Origin: Tubiluchus corallicola
Lineage: Eukaryota; Animalia; Priapulida
Reading direction: 5' to 3'
NCBI GenBank assembly: GCA_030141605.1
Contig: JAQGDQ010000022.1
Span: 1,054,001 to 1,118,000 of the forward strand
DNA: 64,000 nt
A model generated the notes under the pieces. The model was not told the DNA's origin, made no database searches, and was given only the letters and a program-made list of their open reading frames with translations. Below are positions 23,690 through 37,206 of the stretch, piece by piece (the stretch's first letter is position 1; each line of letters begins with the position of its first letter). A program made the translations under genes and the position numbers.

Positions 23690-26287
23690 TCCTATGCGAT
23701 GAGCCTAAAAAATGTAAATAGCATTGTTTAAACGTCGTTAACTGTTAAACGTTTAGAGCAAATGGCTGTATTGATTTCAAATCTAATAAAGTGTGGCATT
23801 TATAGGCCTTTTTAAAATACCAAACTGTATTATGTTTTCGCACTGAAATTAAAGCGCACTCAGTAGAGGATCATTGTCCAAGATCAAGTATCACCTGGAT
23901 CAAACGTGACATCATAATTGATAACCCATCTGCCTATTAAACAAGTACTATATCTACATCACACCATTTTACCGTTATTCAGCATTTTTAGCCAAAAAAA
24001 TCTATGCTTTGAATTTGAAATACCACTCAAGGTCAAATGTACCGTCACCAATGCAAAACTAAAAACATTATTTTTATTTTGCACTATATTTGAAGATTCA
24101 CAGCATTGTGCTTTGCTAAAGACATTCTGCACATGAGCACTGAATGGTGGCACCATCTAACGGAAAAGAAAGCAAATGAAATTTTGTAGCCTCAATACGC
24201 TTCACGAAATACAATTATTAAAAATGAAATAATAACTCCCTGCTTTGAAGCACCATAAAAACACTTTCATATTTTTAGTTTGTTAATAATTGTCCCTTAT
24301 TTTCGTTCTTGCATTTTGTTAAAATTTAGTGCTTTCTAATCGGCTGATTAATAATTATTGAGTTAATATGGCTTTCACGCCTAAATGAATTAGGGAAAAA
24401 TACTAACGTAACGTTACTAACACTTATTAAACTAGCTAAATTCACAGGCTGTTGCAGCAAAAGTTATAAAATGACAGGTGTATTTTATAATTTTGTTGAA
24501 AATGATAGTAAACATCGCGAAAGAGTACTAACATTTACTTGCTAGCATGTAATTGAGGGTACTGCAATTTTTTAAAAAAAAACAACCGTTGACTTTGACT
24601 CTGTCATGTGAACGCATTTACGGTTGTTAAAATGTTTGCCGCGTGAACGTCTGCTGACATGTCTGATTTCGTAGAATTTGTTTTAATCAATGTTAAATAA
24701 ATGCATACAATGTATGTGAGCACGTGTTAACTACTTCAAATTACATGGTTTTAGATTTGTATTGTATATAAATATATATATCCACGTAAAACTATCGAGG
24801 TAATATACTTGTTATTTGTAAGCATGGACCAGGTTTCGAAACAGAATTTACGTTACGTTAACACGAAAGCGTTTTAATAAAATGGAGTGCCCAATGACAG
24901 ATAGATTAAACAAAATCTTCATTAAAACAGAAACTTATAACAAATTATCCATTTAAATTATTCTATTTCGCGTAAAATGTGTCAACTAGTGTTACTTCGA
25001 ATTATGCAAGAAGGAGCATAACTTATTTCCAAGAATATGACTATGGCGTAATAAAAGTAACAACCACAGTAACAGACGAGCTGAGACAAAAGTTAACAAA
25101 TGGAACAGTTGGAGCCATTTTCTTTATTTGGCCATTGGACGTTTAAACTGATTTGCATTCTTTTTGAGGTGTAGTAGCAGCATTTTAAATTCAGCAAGGT
25201 CGAATTGATAAAAATAATTTGCTTTTTATTTTTATAATAAACATTAGGTGAAATAGATAATTTAATTACGTAACTGGCATTACAGGGTTGCTTCATACGC
25301 CGATCTTTATAAGGGAAAATTGTTCGAAGAGGGAACATCTGATTTCATTTTGTAGAAAACCATTTTTGAAATAAAAGTAACAGAATTGGTTTTCTTATAG
25401 GTCTAGATACCTTGAAATTAGTGTCACAATCGCCTCTTAATGTTAGTTTTCAGGGAATTTCTTTTGATTTATATTGTTTGAGCAAAAAATTGGCGGCCAT
25501 TTTGTTTTGTACCATTTTGGACCCATTTCCGCTAATTTTTCAAGTTGAGAATAGTTTTTCCGAATTTAGCATAATCAAATTGATAAAAAGTGGCTATGTT
25601 GCCCATTTTTGGGCTTTTGGAAAAACGCCCTCAGAATTTTATGTAGAAGCACTTTTTCAGGATTTTCTTCTAATTTAAGCTGCGCAAAGTGCAATCCTAC
25701 AAAATTGCCTATATCTTGTCCTAGAAGATAATTTCCTATTTTTAATTTCCAGTCTTTTCTAGAATGATATGCCGCAAGTCATTTGTTTATAAAAGACATG
25801 TCTGCGATTGTACATGCACACTGCTTATGCTCTAATATGGTTTCCTATTTTACGAAGCAATCAACCATGTACACCTGTGCCCTGGCCGCAGCTGCAAGAG
25901 CTTTTGCGTCTTTAACTTTTATAACCGCTTAGGTAGCTGACAAAACTATCAATCTCTCGTAATTGGCATATACGCCATAATGATACAGACACAAATTACA
26001 ACCTGGTTGACACGGGTATTTTATAATGCAACGTAAATGTTCGCCTAATAACGCTGTTGGAACTAGCAAAGTGGGTGGAAAATTAATGAGAAGATTAAAA
26101 CAAAGCGGAGAAAAATGGCTTACTCAAGAGAATTGGTGTGAAGACATTTTTGCAAAAAAATACAATTTTAAAAACACAAATTATTATGAAGAATGAACAT
26201 TTACTAGCGCGTATGTACCACTTTTACTCTTCCCTTTCATCTTCATTTCACACAGGCACATACACGAAGTCACATACACATTCGTTT

Positions 26288-26290
<3 letters not shown>

Positions 26291-26356
<66 letters not shown>

Positions 26357-26500
26357 ACTCTCCCCTCCAAGCTCTGTCTGTCTGCCTCCCTCACTCACTC
26401 AATTTCTGTCTCTCTTTCTATCTCTCACTCCTTTCTCACTCTCTGTCTCTCTCTCTCTTTCTATCTCTCACTCCTTTCTCACTCTCTGTCTCTCTCTCTT
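26291..26500. repeat. (CT)n microsatellite with a degenerate extension
   Basis: Directly visible. Confidence 0.95.
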
Positions 26501-26731
26501 TAGAAACCATAAAAGCCCAAATCCTGGTGCACAATGTACTGTGCAGAGATTTTCCTATTCCCTGTTAAACAAGAATTACATTCTTGAATCGACTGTAACC
26601 GATAACGAAGTTTGCCGGAGAAACCCTCTTGCACTCCGTTAATTTACACCTCAGTCTCTCCAGAGAATGTTGGCTAATAGCCAATTACCATTACAGTCTA
26701 ATTAGATTAGCTGGAAAACGTGTTAATGATG

Positions 26732-27263
26732 ATGATGCGCAGATGAAGCCTACTGGTTAATACTGTTACCGAACACAAGTAATTAGGAAAGTAAAAAATT
26801 CAGCAAATGTTGAAGATGCACTCTGTATAATAAATTAATCCAGCTCTTGGTGGAAATGCAAACTAAGTTTGTCATTTAAATAAATTTGCTAGTTATTTCC
26901 TGTTCACTTAGTCAAGTTAGTTTGTCCATACAGGTCACTTAGGCCTATATACCAATAACCAGCATCATCAATTTTAAACCGAATCTTTTTAATAATATAA
27001 TCCTGGTAATAAATTAATAGTAATAAATAGTTTGGCATCAGATTTAATTAACTGTGAGTCTGTTCTATCAGTAACTTGACTAAGTGAGCAGAAAATAATT
27101 GGCAAATTTTTTTAAATGAAAAAACTTAGTTTGCCTTTCCACCAAGAGCTGGATCAATTTATTATACAGAGTGCATCGTCAACACTTGCTGAATGTTTTC
27201 CCTTACTAATTATTAATTGTGTTCGGCAACAGTATTAACCAGTACGCTTCGTCTGCGTATCAT
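26732..27263. mobile_element. Foldback/MITE-like element with inverted arms of about 205 bp
   Basis: 26732-26938 is an imperfect reverse complement of about 27053-27263 (e.g. GATGCACTCTGTATAATAAATT / AATTTATTATACAGAGTGCATC). AT-rich spacer of about 115 bp. Confidence 0.85.
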
Positions 27264-28742
27264 AAGAATTTACTGTGCAAACAAATATGGACGCCAGCAA
27301 AAGCCCCTTTATTACAACAGCATGTTTTGCGACGAATTGACAGAGATTTTTCAGTCCCAACTCCAAACCAACCGAATTCCAAGACCGCTCTTGAAACGGC
27401 CTGCTACCATTAAAAAATATACGTTAACAATGTGGACGCATCCGCTTTCCTTCACTTGATATGTTCACATATCGCTTCGAGATGTCTTACAACTTAGTCA
27501 GTTTTAATTTTGTTTTTTTTTGGTCAGTTGGTTGCTGACAGGTTAGATCATACATATGCATTTATATGATCTTTTGCTGCCAAATTTTTATATTCTTATC
27601 TGATTCATCAGAAGCGATATACGACTGTAAAGTAAATTATTATAATCAGCAAAGTTTAGATAAAGTAAATGAAATATTTTTTTTGAAATTACATAACTTA
27701 AGATTTCTGAAGACATACACTGACATTGCAATCGTACAGTTACAATAATAATAATAACTGTAGAAAACTTTAACCTTATTTATTTACTTTACCTAAACCC
27801 ATGCTAATCAAAATGTTTTAGTTTACCACATAATCTTACCACATGACCACTGCCTGGCTCATTATCAAGGATATTCCTCTAAAATCTAATATCCTTACCA
27901 TCTTACCCATAATAAGATAAGGTAAGATGATGCCACGTGGTAGCGAGATGTTATAGCATGATTTTAAATACTTTATTTTGATCATAAATACAAAAATACA
28001 AAAAAATTATTGCCTGGATTTAGCTTATTGTAAAGCTCCGCCCACGTTGAGTATTACGGATAAAAACATCATTTGTTTATTTACTATAGACTTTGCCACA
28101 CTGCAAGCCAGAATAGCACTCAAACGCAGGCCCCACTCAACGAGATGCTTGCGGCTTGACCACTGCTTGGCTTATTGTCTAGGATATTCCTCTAAACACA
28201 TAACCGCAGATCGTCATTGAAGACTGAAGTTTATTATAAGTAGTGTGATTACATTGTACTTCGCATCACCAGAAGTTACGAACAATCAATTACCATGCAT
28301 CTAAAAGTCGAAATATTACAAAATTGTGAATTGCTGAATTACATTTCTAGGCTGCATTGCATGATATCTTGTCCATACTGGCACTGTTTTCAGGTCCATA
28401 CTAACAGTTAACATGTGCCACACAACCCTATAACTGCTGCCACACGCAGTTAATTAACCATTGGCAATTGCCTATCATTTTTAACAAACGAAGAACGACG
28501 CTGTAGTGCGGTCACCTGGTGTCTGTGTAGTAGCTACGCTTGGGCGGCACGCGTCGCACAGCTGGCTTCTTTCATATGATAGGGAACATTAATGTTTAAC
28601 AGGGAAGCTTGCAAAAAAATCAGGTCTTCCCCTTAATACTTTGAAAATAACCTTACATATACTTGGAAAGGATGGTTGTTCTTCACATTTGTATTTTCAG
28701 TTTTCTGTTAAGAATTATTGGAAACATATTCGACTCGAACTA

Positions 28743-29008
28743 TTGGTCGAGGGACTCGCTGAACTGAAGAACAGGGGTCAGAAATCACGTAAATGACGTC
28801 TTTAATTTAAGAAAGTAAGATAGCAAATCGAAAACCCGACGCTGTCAATCGATTCTAGCATGTTCCTGTAAAGTTTCGTGACGATCCATTGCGAATTACA
28901 GAGTCTTGAGCTTTTTTCAAAAGTTCATCCCCAATAACAATAGCATGTATGTACAACAGAGAACAACATCCAGGCGAGAGGCAGTTTGAGTCGAGTCCTT
29001 CGACCAAA
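28743..29008. mobile_element. Putative non-autonomous DNA element with short inverted ends
   Basis: TTGGTCGAGGGACTCG near 28743 is inverted as CGAGTCCTTCGACCAA near 28993. No coding capacity. Confidence 0.45.
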
Positions 29009-32000
29009 AACTGAGACGATATTTTAAGCTTAGTTTCTCAGGTTGCCTGCTAAACTCTGCCAAAGCAAGTTACCTGCTTACTGGTCAGTTATTGTATAGA
29101 TTTAGTCACTGGCAAGATACAATTTTACCATACTCCACCCAGCGGTGTTACAACCCTATATCAAACCTCTCACAACGGTATTTTAGCAATATTACTACCC
29201 CACGTGAAGAACCAAAGTTATTGAATAACGGCCGTTGGGGTTATAATCACAGACCCGTTTTTTTTCAAAGAAGCGGGATCTCGAATTATGGCTCGAAATA
29301 TCAAAAAATGGCTTGATCATTGGTTTGTGCTCATAGTGCATTTGGCTTTTTTAAAGCTCAGAAAAATCATCAAATACACGAGAAACACTTCTGTGACTCC
29401 CCGTGAATTTTGTAAAGGCCAGTCCCAGTAGTCTCCACTGGTCACACAATTCGTAACCTTAGAGGGCTCTCAGCGTTTCAACGACAAAAAGAATGTTAAT
29501 CAATACTCAATGGGTCAGAAGTAATCTTCAAATGTAACAAATAGCGAAAGGCACTTCGTACTTATTTATCCCGCTGTCACAAAACATGATTTTTGACCAT
29601 GTCAGTTGCAGATGAGCTGTTTATGAAATAATTCCCTCCAGATTTATAGCTTCTCTTCTCTTACTGAACGGAGCTTTACTGATCCAACGAGCATTAATAG
29701 GCGGCTTCTAATTAGTATTCTTCGCCATTTTAGTGTATAACAAAGAGTAAAGAGTTATACAAAGCGGGTGTATCTCACACCTGCGAGCGGCATTGTCATT
29801 TATTTTTGATGTGCCTCTACGTTTAATTAATTGGCATAATAATGATCACATATATATAAGCGGATTAAACTGTGATACATACAAGAGTGTGGCTGCATAT
29901 TCCTTGATTTTTACGCCTGCACAGTTCAACAGTTGCGTTTAGAGTTTTATGAGTTCTAGCGATTAGAACTTTATAATGCGTGCAAATTCTGTGCACTAAA
30001 TCAGTAAACTAATTTAAGATACATGTTACTGTGCTGCATGTTAGTTTAAAGGTACCAACTTTTCATATGAATGTACAAAATTTGACAAAGGAACATTTAT
30101 AATATGCATGTAAAACTTACAGTATTAAAGTTACAAGTTATTGAGTCAAATTACACAAGTAACCGCACTAGGTAGCTGCGGTAGCAACACAAGCTCGGCG
30201 TGCTGAAGCTAACTTTGTTTCATTTACTAGTTTATCCTACCTTTGCAAACATTTTTTAACGTTGTACAGTGCTACAAATGTAGAATGTTTGCCTCCCAAT
30301 ATGAATTTTACAACGCGAAAAAAATGTTTATTTTCTAAAATGGCTTTTCATCCTAAAAATAATAAAGTTTTTTTGAAAATTTGAACTAAATTGTACTGTA
30401 ATATTAGTCCAATGTCCATTGTGTGCTACATTACCTACTCGTAACATACTTGAAATTAGGCAAGTTTATGCCACATTCACATAACTGAAAAGGTTTTAGC
30501 AACCCGCAATCACACTATAATAGTAATAACTGCACGTGGCACTACGCACTTTTGCTATTTGTTTTTTTCTGGAGATGCTCAATAATTGCACCAATTCGAC
30601 TGTCCATGTCCATCCATCATGCTCTATCGCAAATCTTTGCACGCGCCCACGGGCTTAATTTTATGCAAGACTGAACCATCTGATGAAACCCTTGTGCAAA
30701 ACACGACAGTTTGTAAGCGAACCGCGTGTCCAATTCCCGCCAAATTGCGCTCATCAGCCGTCCTCTTCATCTGCACTTGAACCTCAATAAAAGGCCTATC
30801 AAGATCCTTGTCTCGTTGCCGTGACGTAATTAGCTCCTTCACAGAAATTATTACTGATGACTTAACATTTCGTGAGGACAAGAATAAGTTGGCTTCTCAA
30901 TAAAATTGAAAGATAGTGGAGTGGAGTACTATATATTGAATGAAAATGATGTCATCTCCAGCAATCAAGAGGATTTCTCATAAGAATTTTTCTATTTCGC
31001 AATAATTTTTATAATTTGTAGTTGAATTCAAATTAAATTCTCTGAACAAGTTATCTAACGGTCGTCGCAACAGGTTATATTATACTGTTCCTAGCAAATA
31101 CGAGAATTGTATTCTCTTGAAAATGGGAGAATTGTATCCATAGTTACTTTGGATGAATCTTCCATAAACACTCTTTGCTTTTGCCTAAGAATAGCAAAGC
31201 TTCAGCTTTACTAAAAGTATAACGTATAAAACAAAGAAGGAATTTTTGGTGTCATAAAATGCAAACCAAACCAAAAAGCGAAGAATCATCGCCGCTTTGA
31301 AACACGTGAAAAATTTCCTCTATTGTGCATAGCTTTTTTTCTGCCACCATTGACAAATGTAATGAAAAGTTCAAATACTAGTTAATAGATTTCTGAAAAA
31401 AAGTCAAAGTTTAACTCTTCTTTAATGAAAGAAAGAGTTTAGAAACCCAAAACATCGTTCCGGTCCATGTAGATTTCAACTACAGGCTTCCGTCATCATC
31501 TTAATAAACTTATGAGCTTTTTATTAGTACTGCACATGTAACATAGCCAATAAGTTAGATTTGTTCTCCATGCGTTTATTAACTCATGGATTAGTTTTCC
31601 AAGCATGAGGCTGATTTGGTCAACCTGTTTACAGCTGTTTTGGGCACAAAAATTTCGGATCTATAATTAGTAGTTGTGACGACATTGAATGACATGAAAA
31701 GACAGTTAATTGAAATTCTTTTCTCATTTAGTTTGACTGCATGTCAACTCCTTTTTACACGATGTACGTATCGTACCTGTAATATTCAGGCACAACAAGC
31801 ACGTGCTTATGCTTTGTACTCCTTAGGCTTATCCTTCTCGAATACTAGAATATACCAAACATTGAAAAGCAAGAAATTAATTATGATGTACCGTTTTTAC
31901 ATGATCATTATGATGGCAAGTTGTCAGCTTCCTTCCAGTATAAACCAGCGAGTAAAAATACAAGTAGGTACTTTATTTGTCGGGAAAGAGGGCTTTATTT

Positions 32001-32289
32001 TGAGAAATGTGTGCTTGGCGACGCAAGAAAAAGCAGCAATGGGGATAGCTAGTATGATGATGATGGTTGATCTTATATTTTAAAATATATATTTACATAA
32101 ACTAGCTGCAGGCAAATTTAATTATAAGTACACGTATACAGTAATGTATACTTATAATTTTCATCATCGTTATTGTACTTGCATCATCAAAATTTTCTAA
32201 CAGTATACTCACATTGAAAGGTAAGGGTCAAAAGGCCATGTCGGGAACAATAGGGAAACTCTTACAATATAATGTGCCTATTTTTTGAA

Positions 32290-32945
32290 AAATATTTATA
32301 ATAACACCAATGACGACGGGGCTAACAAACTTCGAACTTACAGGCTTTTTAAAACTGTATATTGTTTGGAAGAATATTTGGCTATGCGTAATAATCCTAT
32401 TTCAAGCGAGCTTATAACTATGGTCACTAGATTTAGAATTAGTGCGCACAAATTGGATATTGAGAGCAGGACGTATCATAAACCAAAAATGTGCTTACCA
32501 AAGAATATATAAAATGTGCGAGATGAATCAGGTGGAGGATGAAAAGCATTTTTGTATGTCCTGCTTACCAAAATGAGAGAAAAGTTGTATTTGAAATATT
32601 TTAAAAGTATTTCCTCCTTTTGCAGAAATGCCTGTAAGTGAACAGTTTATGTTTATTAATGGCCTAAACGATATAGAGATGAGAACCCTAGTAATAAATT
32701 TTATATATGACATCAGTAAAAAAAGGAAGAGAAACAGGATAGCAAATAACTGTAATTCCAACTCGCAGCCCACAAAAATTGTTCTTACTATAGTTGTTTT
32801 TATGTGTTATTATTGTGCTTTGTTAGTATGATGTTTGTTTGGTATTATTGTCCCTACTACGTTTGAGCCGTTCCATCCCATGTAGAGAATCAATGTGTTT
32901 TTTGGTCTTTTTATGTTGTGTGCTCAATAAACTAATTATAAATTA
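32290..32945 (+). mobile_element. 5'-truncated, decayed non-LTR retrotransposon (LINE) 3' end
   Basis: KLRTYRLFKTVYCLEEYL...TRFRISAHKLDIE, then after frame disruption QVEDEKHFCMSC. This is the CCHC-type C-terminal region after the RT domain in many invertebrate LINEs. Ends with AATAAA and an AT-rich tail. Confidence 0.8.
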
Positions 32946-33579
32946 TATACATTAGTAAATTAATGATACAATGTTAAATATATGTAAAGCTAATACGATG
33001 TTACTACGATTTTCAAAAATTACAGCCAGAGAAATACATTTACCGCCATTGAAATTATTGCGCAATATGCCAAATCGCTAATTAGCCTAGAACTAATATT
33101 ATAGAGAACATTTGCATCTATGTGAGCCCATCTATGTAAATAAAGAGACAATGGGCAACCGCAAAGGAAACTGTTTCTGGTCGGTTTCATCTACCATACT
33201 CTTTCTTGCTATTTGCCTCATTAAGGAAGGATGTGCATACACCCAAACGTGGCTAAAACAGTTCTGTCGATAACAGTAATTAAGCATTATTATTCACAAT
33301 TAGCTAGATTCCGATATCGCCACAATCATCTACATTAAGAAGATTCGTCTGTTGAGTGCTGGATCCTGGCTAGTAATGGTGGACAGTATAAAACATTAGA
33401 TTTTCGATAGCGAAAGGACATTTCAGTTTGTAACATCCGAGTGCTCAACTATCAGGCAAATCCCCTCAAATGAGTATTTGTATAATACGTAAATTTCTTT
33501 TATTTACTATGTAGAATCATTCCACACTGATTTTCTGATGAGATCTGACACATACTACCTCTGTACCTTGTCAGCTCAC

Positions 33580-33700
33580 CTTTACAGGTGGATAACAAGC
33601 CTAGCAGGGCGGAGAAGCCGCGCTGTCTGCTGCCCAGCGAGTCGCGGGGATTCGATAATCGCATCAGACTTGTTCAGCCAATCAGATAAAAGCGTGTTAA
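33580..33700 (+). promoter_or_regulatory. Probable promoter of the NSCL/NHLH gene
   Basis: Locally GC-rich island with an E-box CAGGTG (33585), GC box GGGCGG (33606) and AGCCAATCAG CCAAT box (33675), about 500 nt upstream of the proposed ATG. Confidence 0.55.
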
Positions 33701-34169
33701 GGAGAAATCTACTCACAGCGCCAAAAGAGGATGAAATGTTCTCATCACCGACAAAATTTGCTGAATGTGTGCAAGGTGAGGACACTAAGTTCATATGTGA
33801 GTTTAGAGAAATCATTTCTTGTACTGTGTTGACAGCTGTGAAATCCTGTCGCTATCGTGCAATGCAGAAGCACGACACTTCCTTCCACACCAGTAAAAAG
33901 ATTTAGACTATGTAAAACTTATAATGGAATACTGACGAAACATTTGTTTCACTTAACAAGAAGAGACGGCAGTCAAACAGACACTTTCTAGGTTTGTTTT
34001 GCTTTAAAATAAAACGTTGATCTACTGTTTTCAAGCCAGAAACTTTGCAGGAGGAAAACCTGGCGTGAAGATCGAGCAACAGATAGGTTCTGCTTTCCAA
34101 TTCGTTCACATCACCTGTATTTGTTTATCTACGAAACAAAGACAAACGAAAAACTCTTATTTGAAATGA

Positions 34170-34287
34170 ATGACTTCAGATGAAAGTGAAAAGGTGTACA
34201 AACTGGCTGTTCCTCTGCACCACGAAGGGCCCATGGAATGGCCACATCGCACCATTAGGAGTGAAATACACGACCCTGTTTGCATTA
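34170..34287 (+). CDS. NHLH: Proposed first coding exon of the NSCL/NHLH gene
   Basis: MTSDESEKVYKLAVPLHHEGPMEWPHRTIRSEIHDPVCI plus 1 nt, donor A|GTAAGT. Phase 1 matches the acceptor at 41561; the bHLH exon has no in-frame ATG before the domain. Support is phase and position, not homology. Confidence 0.65.
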
Positions 34288-34338
34288 GTAAGTATATAAA
34301 ACTCATAAAACAATTTTATATTATATATATATATATAT

Positions 34339-34412
34339 ATAATGTATATGATGTATATATATCATTTATCATCAATATATATGATATAATGATAAATAAT
34401 GATCTTCTATTT

Positions 34413-34448
<36 letters not shown>

Positions 34449-34516
34449 GAAGATCATTATTTATCATTATATCATATATATTGATGATAAATGATATCAT
34501 ACATCATATACATTAT
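34339..34516. repeat. Near-perfect AT-rich palindrome with a (TA)n centre
   Basis: Arms of about 75 bp are near-exact reverse complements (…AATGATCTTCTATTTTAT / ATAAAATAGAAGATCATT…). Confidence 0.92.
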
Positions 34517-34919
34517 CATTATAATGCCACATATCATTATATATTTTGTATCTGCAAAAAGTAATTATATACCTATACCTTATTACTTAGACGGAAATTC
34601 TAGCGCTTTATTAACTATAACTCTGACTAAAACAGTGGTCAAGGTTTAAAAAGTCGTAAATAAGAGAAACTGACTAACTTTAACTTAAAAGTTCTATACT
34701 GCGTAACGCGAAAGCGCACTTTCCTAGGAACTTCCCTTATAATTAGCTCATAACACAAATTAATTTTACAATCCAAAGGTATAGCGAAAAGGGTCTACTT
34801 TTTATAATCGTTACTTAAAATTCTTTTAAAAACTCTGCAAACATTCAAATCGACGAAACACTCTTTCGTAAAAATATTTTACCTAGTGTGTTATGGCTTA
34901 ATACTTTGCATAAACCTAC

Positions 34920-34970
<51 letters not shown>

Positions 34971-35779
34971 TGCGTAGTTTCAACCCTTTGGGTTCCTAAA
35001 CTCCCATTCATACGTCGATAAATGTTAAAGTCCCCATTGTTACAATAATTTCTTATTATTTGTGGCACGTGCGCGTTTTATGAACACAAATTTGCTTGTA
35101 AATGTCTTTTCTAAAATCTCCAAAGCCAGAAAATAAGCCACGCTAAAGAGTAGATCCATTCGGAGGCAGCACCAGGCAACCCTGCCATTATAGTAGGCAT
35201 TTTAAACTAAATGCAAGAGCGTTATTACGTGTTTGCAAAAAGCAGTCACACAATCAGGTTACGCTGTCGTTGCACTGATCATTTTAAAGTGTACCTTTAT
35301 GCAAAACTAATTTATGCATACCCACTACACACGCTAAAAGAAGAGGCACTGTCGTCCACTCTTTTCCTTTTATAATATGCATGTAATACGTAGTTTTTTA
35401 TAAAAAATATCAGAAACCTATAAACTAAGCTCTAATATCTCCTGCACGGAACTTACCGTGTAATCTTGGAGGATCGTTACTTGCATTAGAGATTCTACTA
35501 ACAGTTCCTATGCTGACAGATTGCTCACGCCTGGAAGCTATTTGTACTGCATACATTATTTATGGTTATTAAGCATTTTATAATTGCCCTATACATCTTT
35601 CATAAAACAGTAAGTAGCGTATCAAACAGGTTAATTATACTTCTCACTTCGAGAAGTACAATATCTGGGAGGTGGCTTAAAAGAGATGATGAAAACGTTA
35701 AATTTTCCTCAAAACCTGCCGATAAAACAGTTGTCAAGTACCCCCATTCATGGAATACTTCGGCGGGTACGTTGTAGCT

Positions 35780-36050
35780 TTGTTCTGTTCTTTCCTTCTC
35801 TCTATTTTCCTTGTTTTCTTTTTTTCTTAGTGTTCATTTTTGCATTTATCGCTTCTTTCCGTATTCCTCTTCCTCGATTTCTGTTTTCTTCAACTCTTGT
35901 TTCCTTTTCCATTTCTTTTTCCTCTACTTTTCTTTTTCTTCTTTGTTACAGTTTTATCGCATATTTTCTTTTCATATTTTTTTAATTGTTTCTGTTTCTG
36001 TATCGCACATTTGTATTTCTTTTTCCTATTTTTAGTTGTTTTTATTTCTC
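35780..36050. repeat. Pyrimidine-rich low-complexity tract
   Basis: Directly visible; explains the Phe-rich ORFs at 35686-36103. Confidence 0.85.
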
Positions 36051-37117
36051 TTATACGGTTACGGGTTTCATCGTTTTTAGCTTTATTTCTCCGATACCAA
36101 TAAATTTAAATCGTATGGTAACCAATAAGAATGAAAATCGAATTAGTAAAAAATAATAACAGGAACCGATAGAAATTAAAAAAGGTAAATTTGTTCAAAA
36201 TTGTGGCCGCTGTCACAGAATGCATTTTTTCTGTACTTTGCCAGTGTTTTTGTTTTGTTTTGTATTTATTTATTTGTGAAGTTTAAAAATTTTTATTTTT
36301 CAAAATGAACGACAAAAAATCCGTAAATTATATAAATTTTGGTAACATTCCAAACTGTAAATAATTTAATTCAGCAACTCTTAGTGATATGTTAGTTTCA
36401 AAAATGTTATAATGAAAAATAATAAATTTCCATTAGGATGAACTGTAAAAAAGATTTGTTTTGATGGAAGCTAATTAGTAATTTTTGGTTTACGGTCATG
36501 CTACAGTTGTCAACTTAAGATAGGCCTAGCGGTTGAGAACTGAGACCTAGTTGCAATATAAAAAGATTAGAAAATTTGTACAAAGAAATTGAAAGAACTT
36601 CAAACTTGACATGGCGACACACTTCATTTACACAGCACATAACGTTACCACACTTGGAGTCAGCAGGACCAAGATTTGGGTATCAGCCGCCTTTCCTCGC
36701 TGTCGAACGAAAAAAAAATCAACGAAAGAGACACTTGACATCTTCCAAGTCACATTTTTAAACCAGGTCATTTATTTAAAGACAGTTCTACATAAATCTT
36801 AAAGCGTGCAAAGATAAATAGACGGACGTTTGTCAGCTGAATTGTGAGTTCAGTAGCACAGAAACACAGATTAGATGTCATTAGCGTACAAATGAAGTTG
36901 ACAACTCATAAGTTTATTACATGACTCACAGGCATAAAGCGGTTGAGACTGGGACTAGCTAACCCAGCTAATGGTGTGTGTACATACCGTCCATCATCAC
37001 GCATAGCTTGTCAACTCAGCTCTGAGAAACTAATTTGATCACACGCTAAATTCCCGGTGGGATCTCACTGCCACTTAGAACTGTATAGATCGTCTAGAAA
37101 GAGCAGAAACGTAAATG

Positions 37118-37206
37118 CTGACAATGCCCGTTGTTTCCTTAATGTATGCCACCGACTGAAGTTAAGCAGCAGCGAGTCTTGTTCAAACTTAGATTAGTGA
37201 CCGCCA
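37118..37206 (+). pseudogene. Degenerate 5S rRNA-derived fragment
   Basis: GAAGTTAAGCAGCAGCGAGTCTTGTTCAAACTTAGATTAGTGACCGCC resembles the 5S A-box to C-box region. Confidence 0.5.

Noticed and set aside
30586-30881. Overlapping short ORFs in a GC-richer block
   Set aside because: No recognisable domain or splice context. It could be a regulatory element or repeat remnant.
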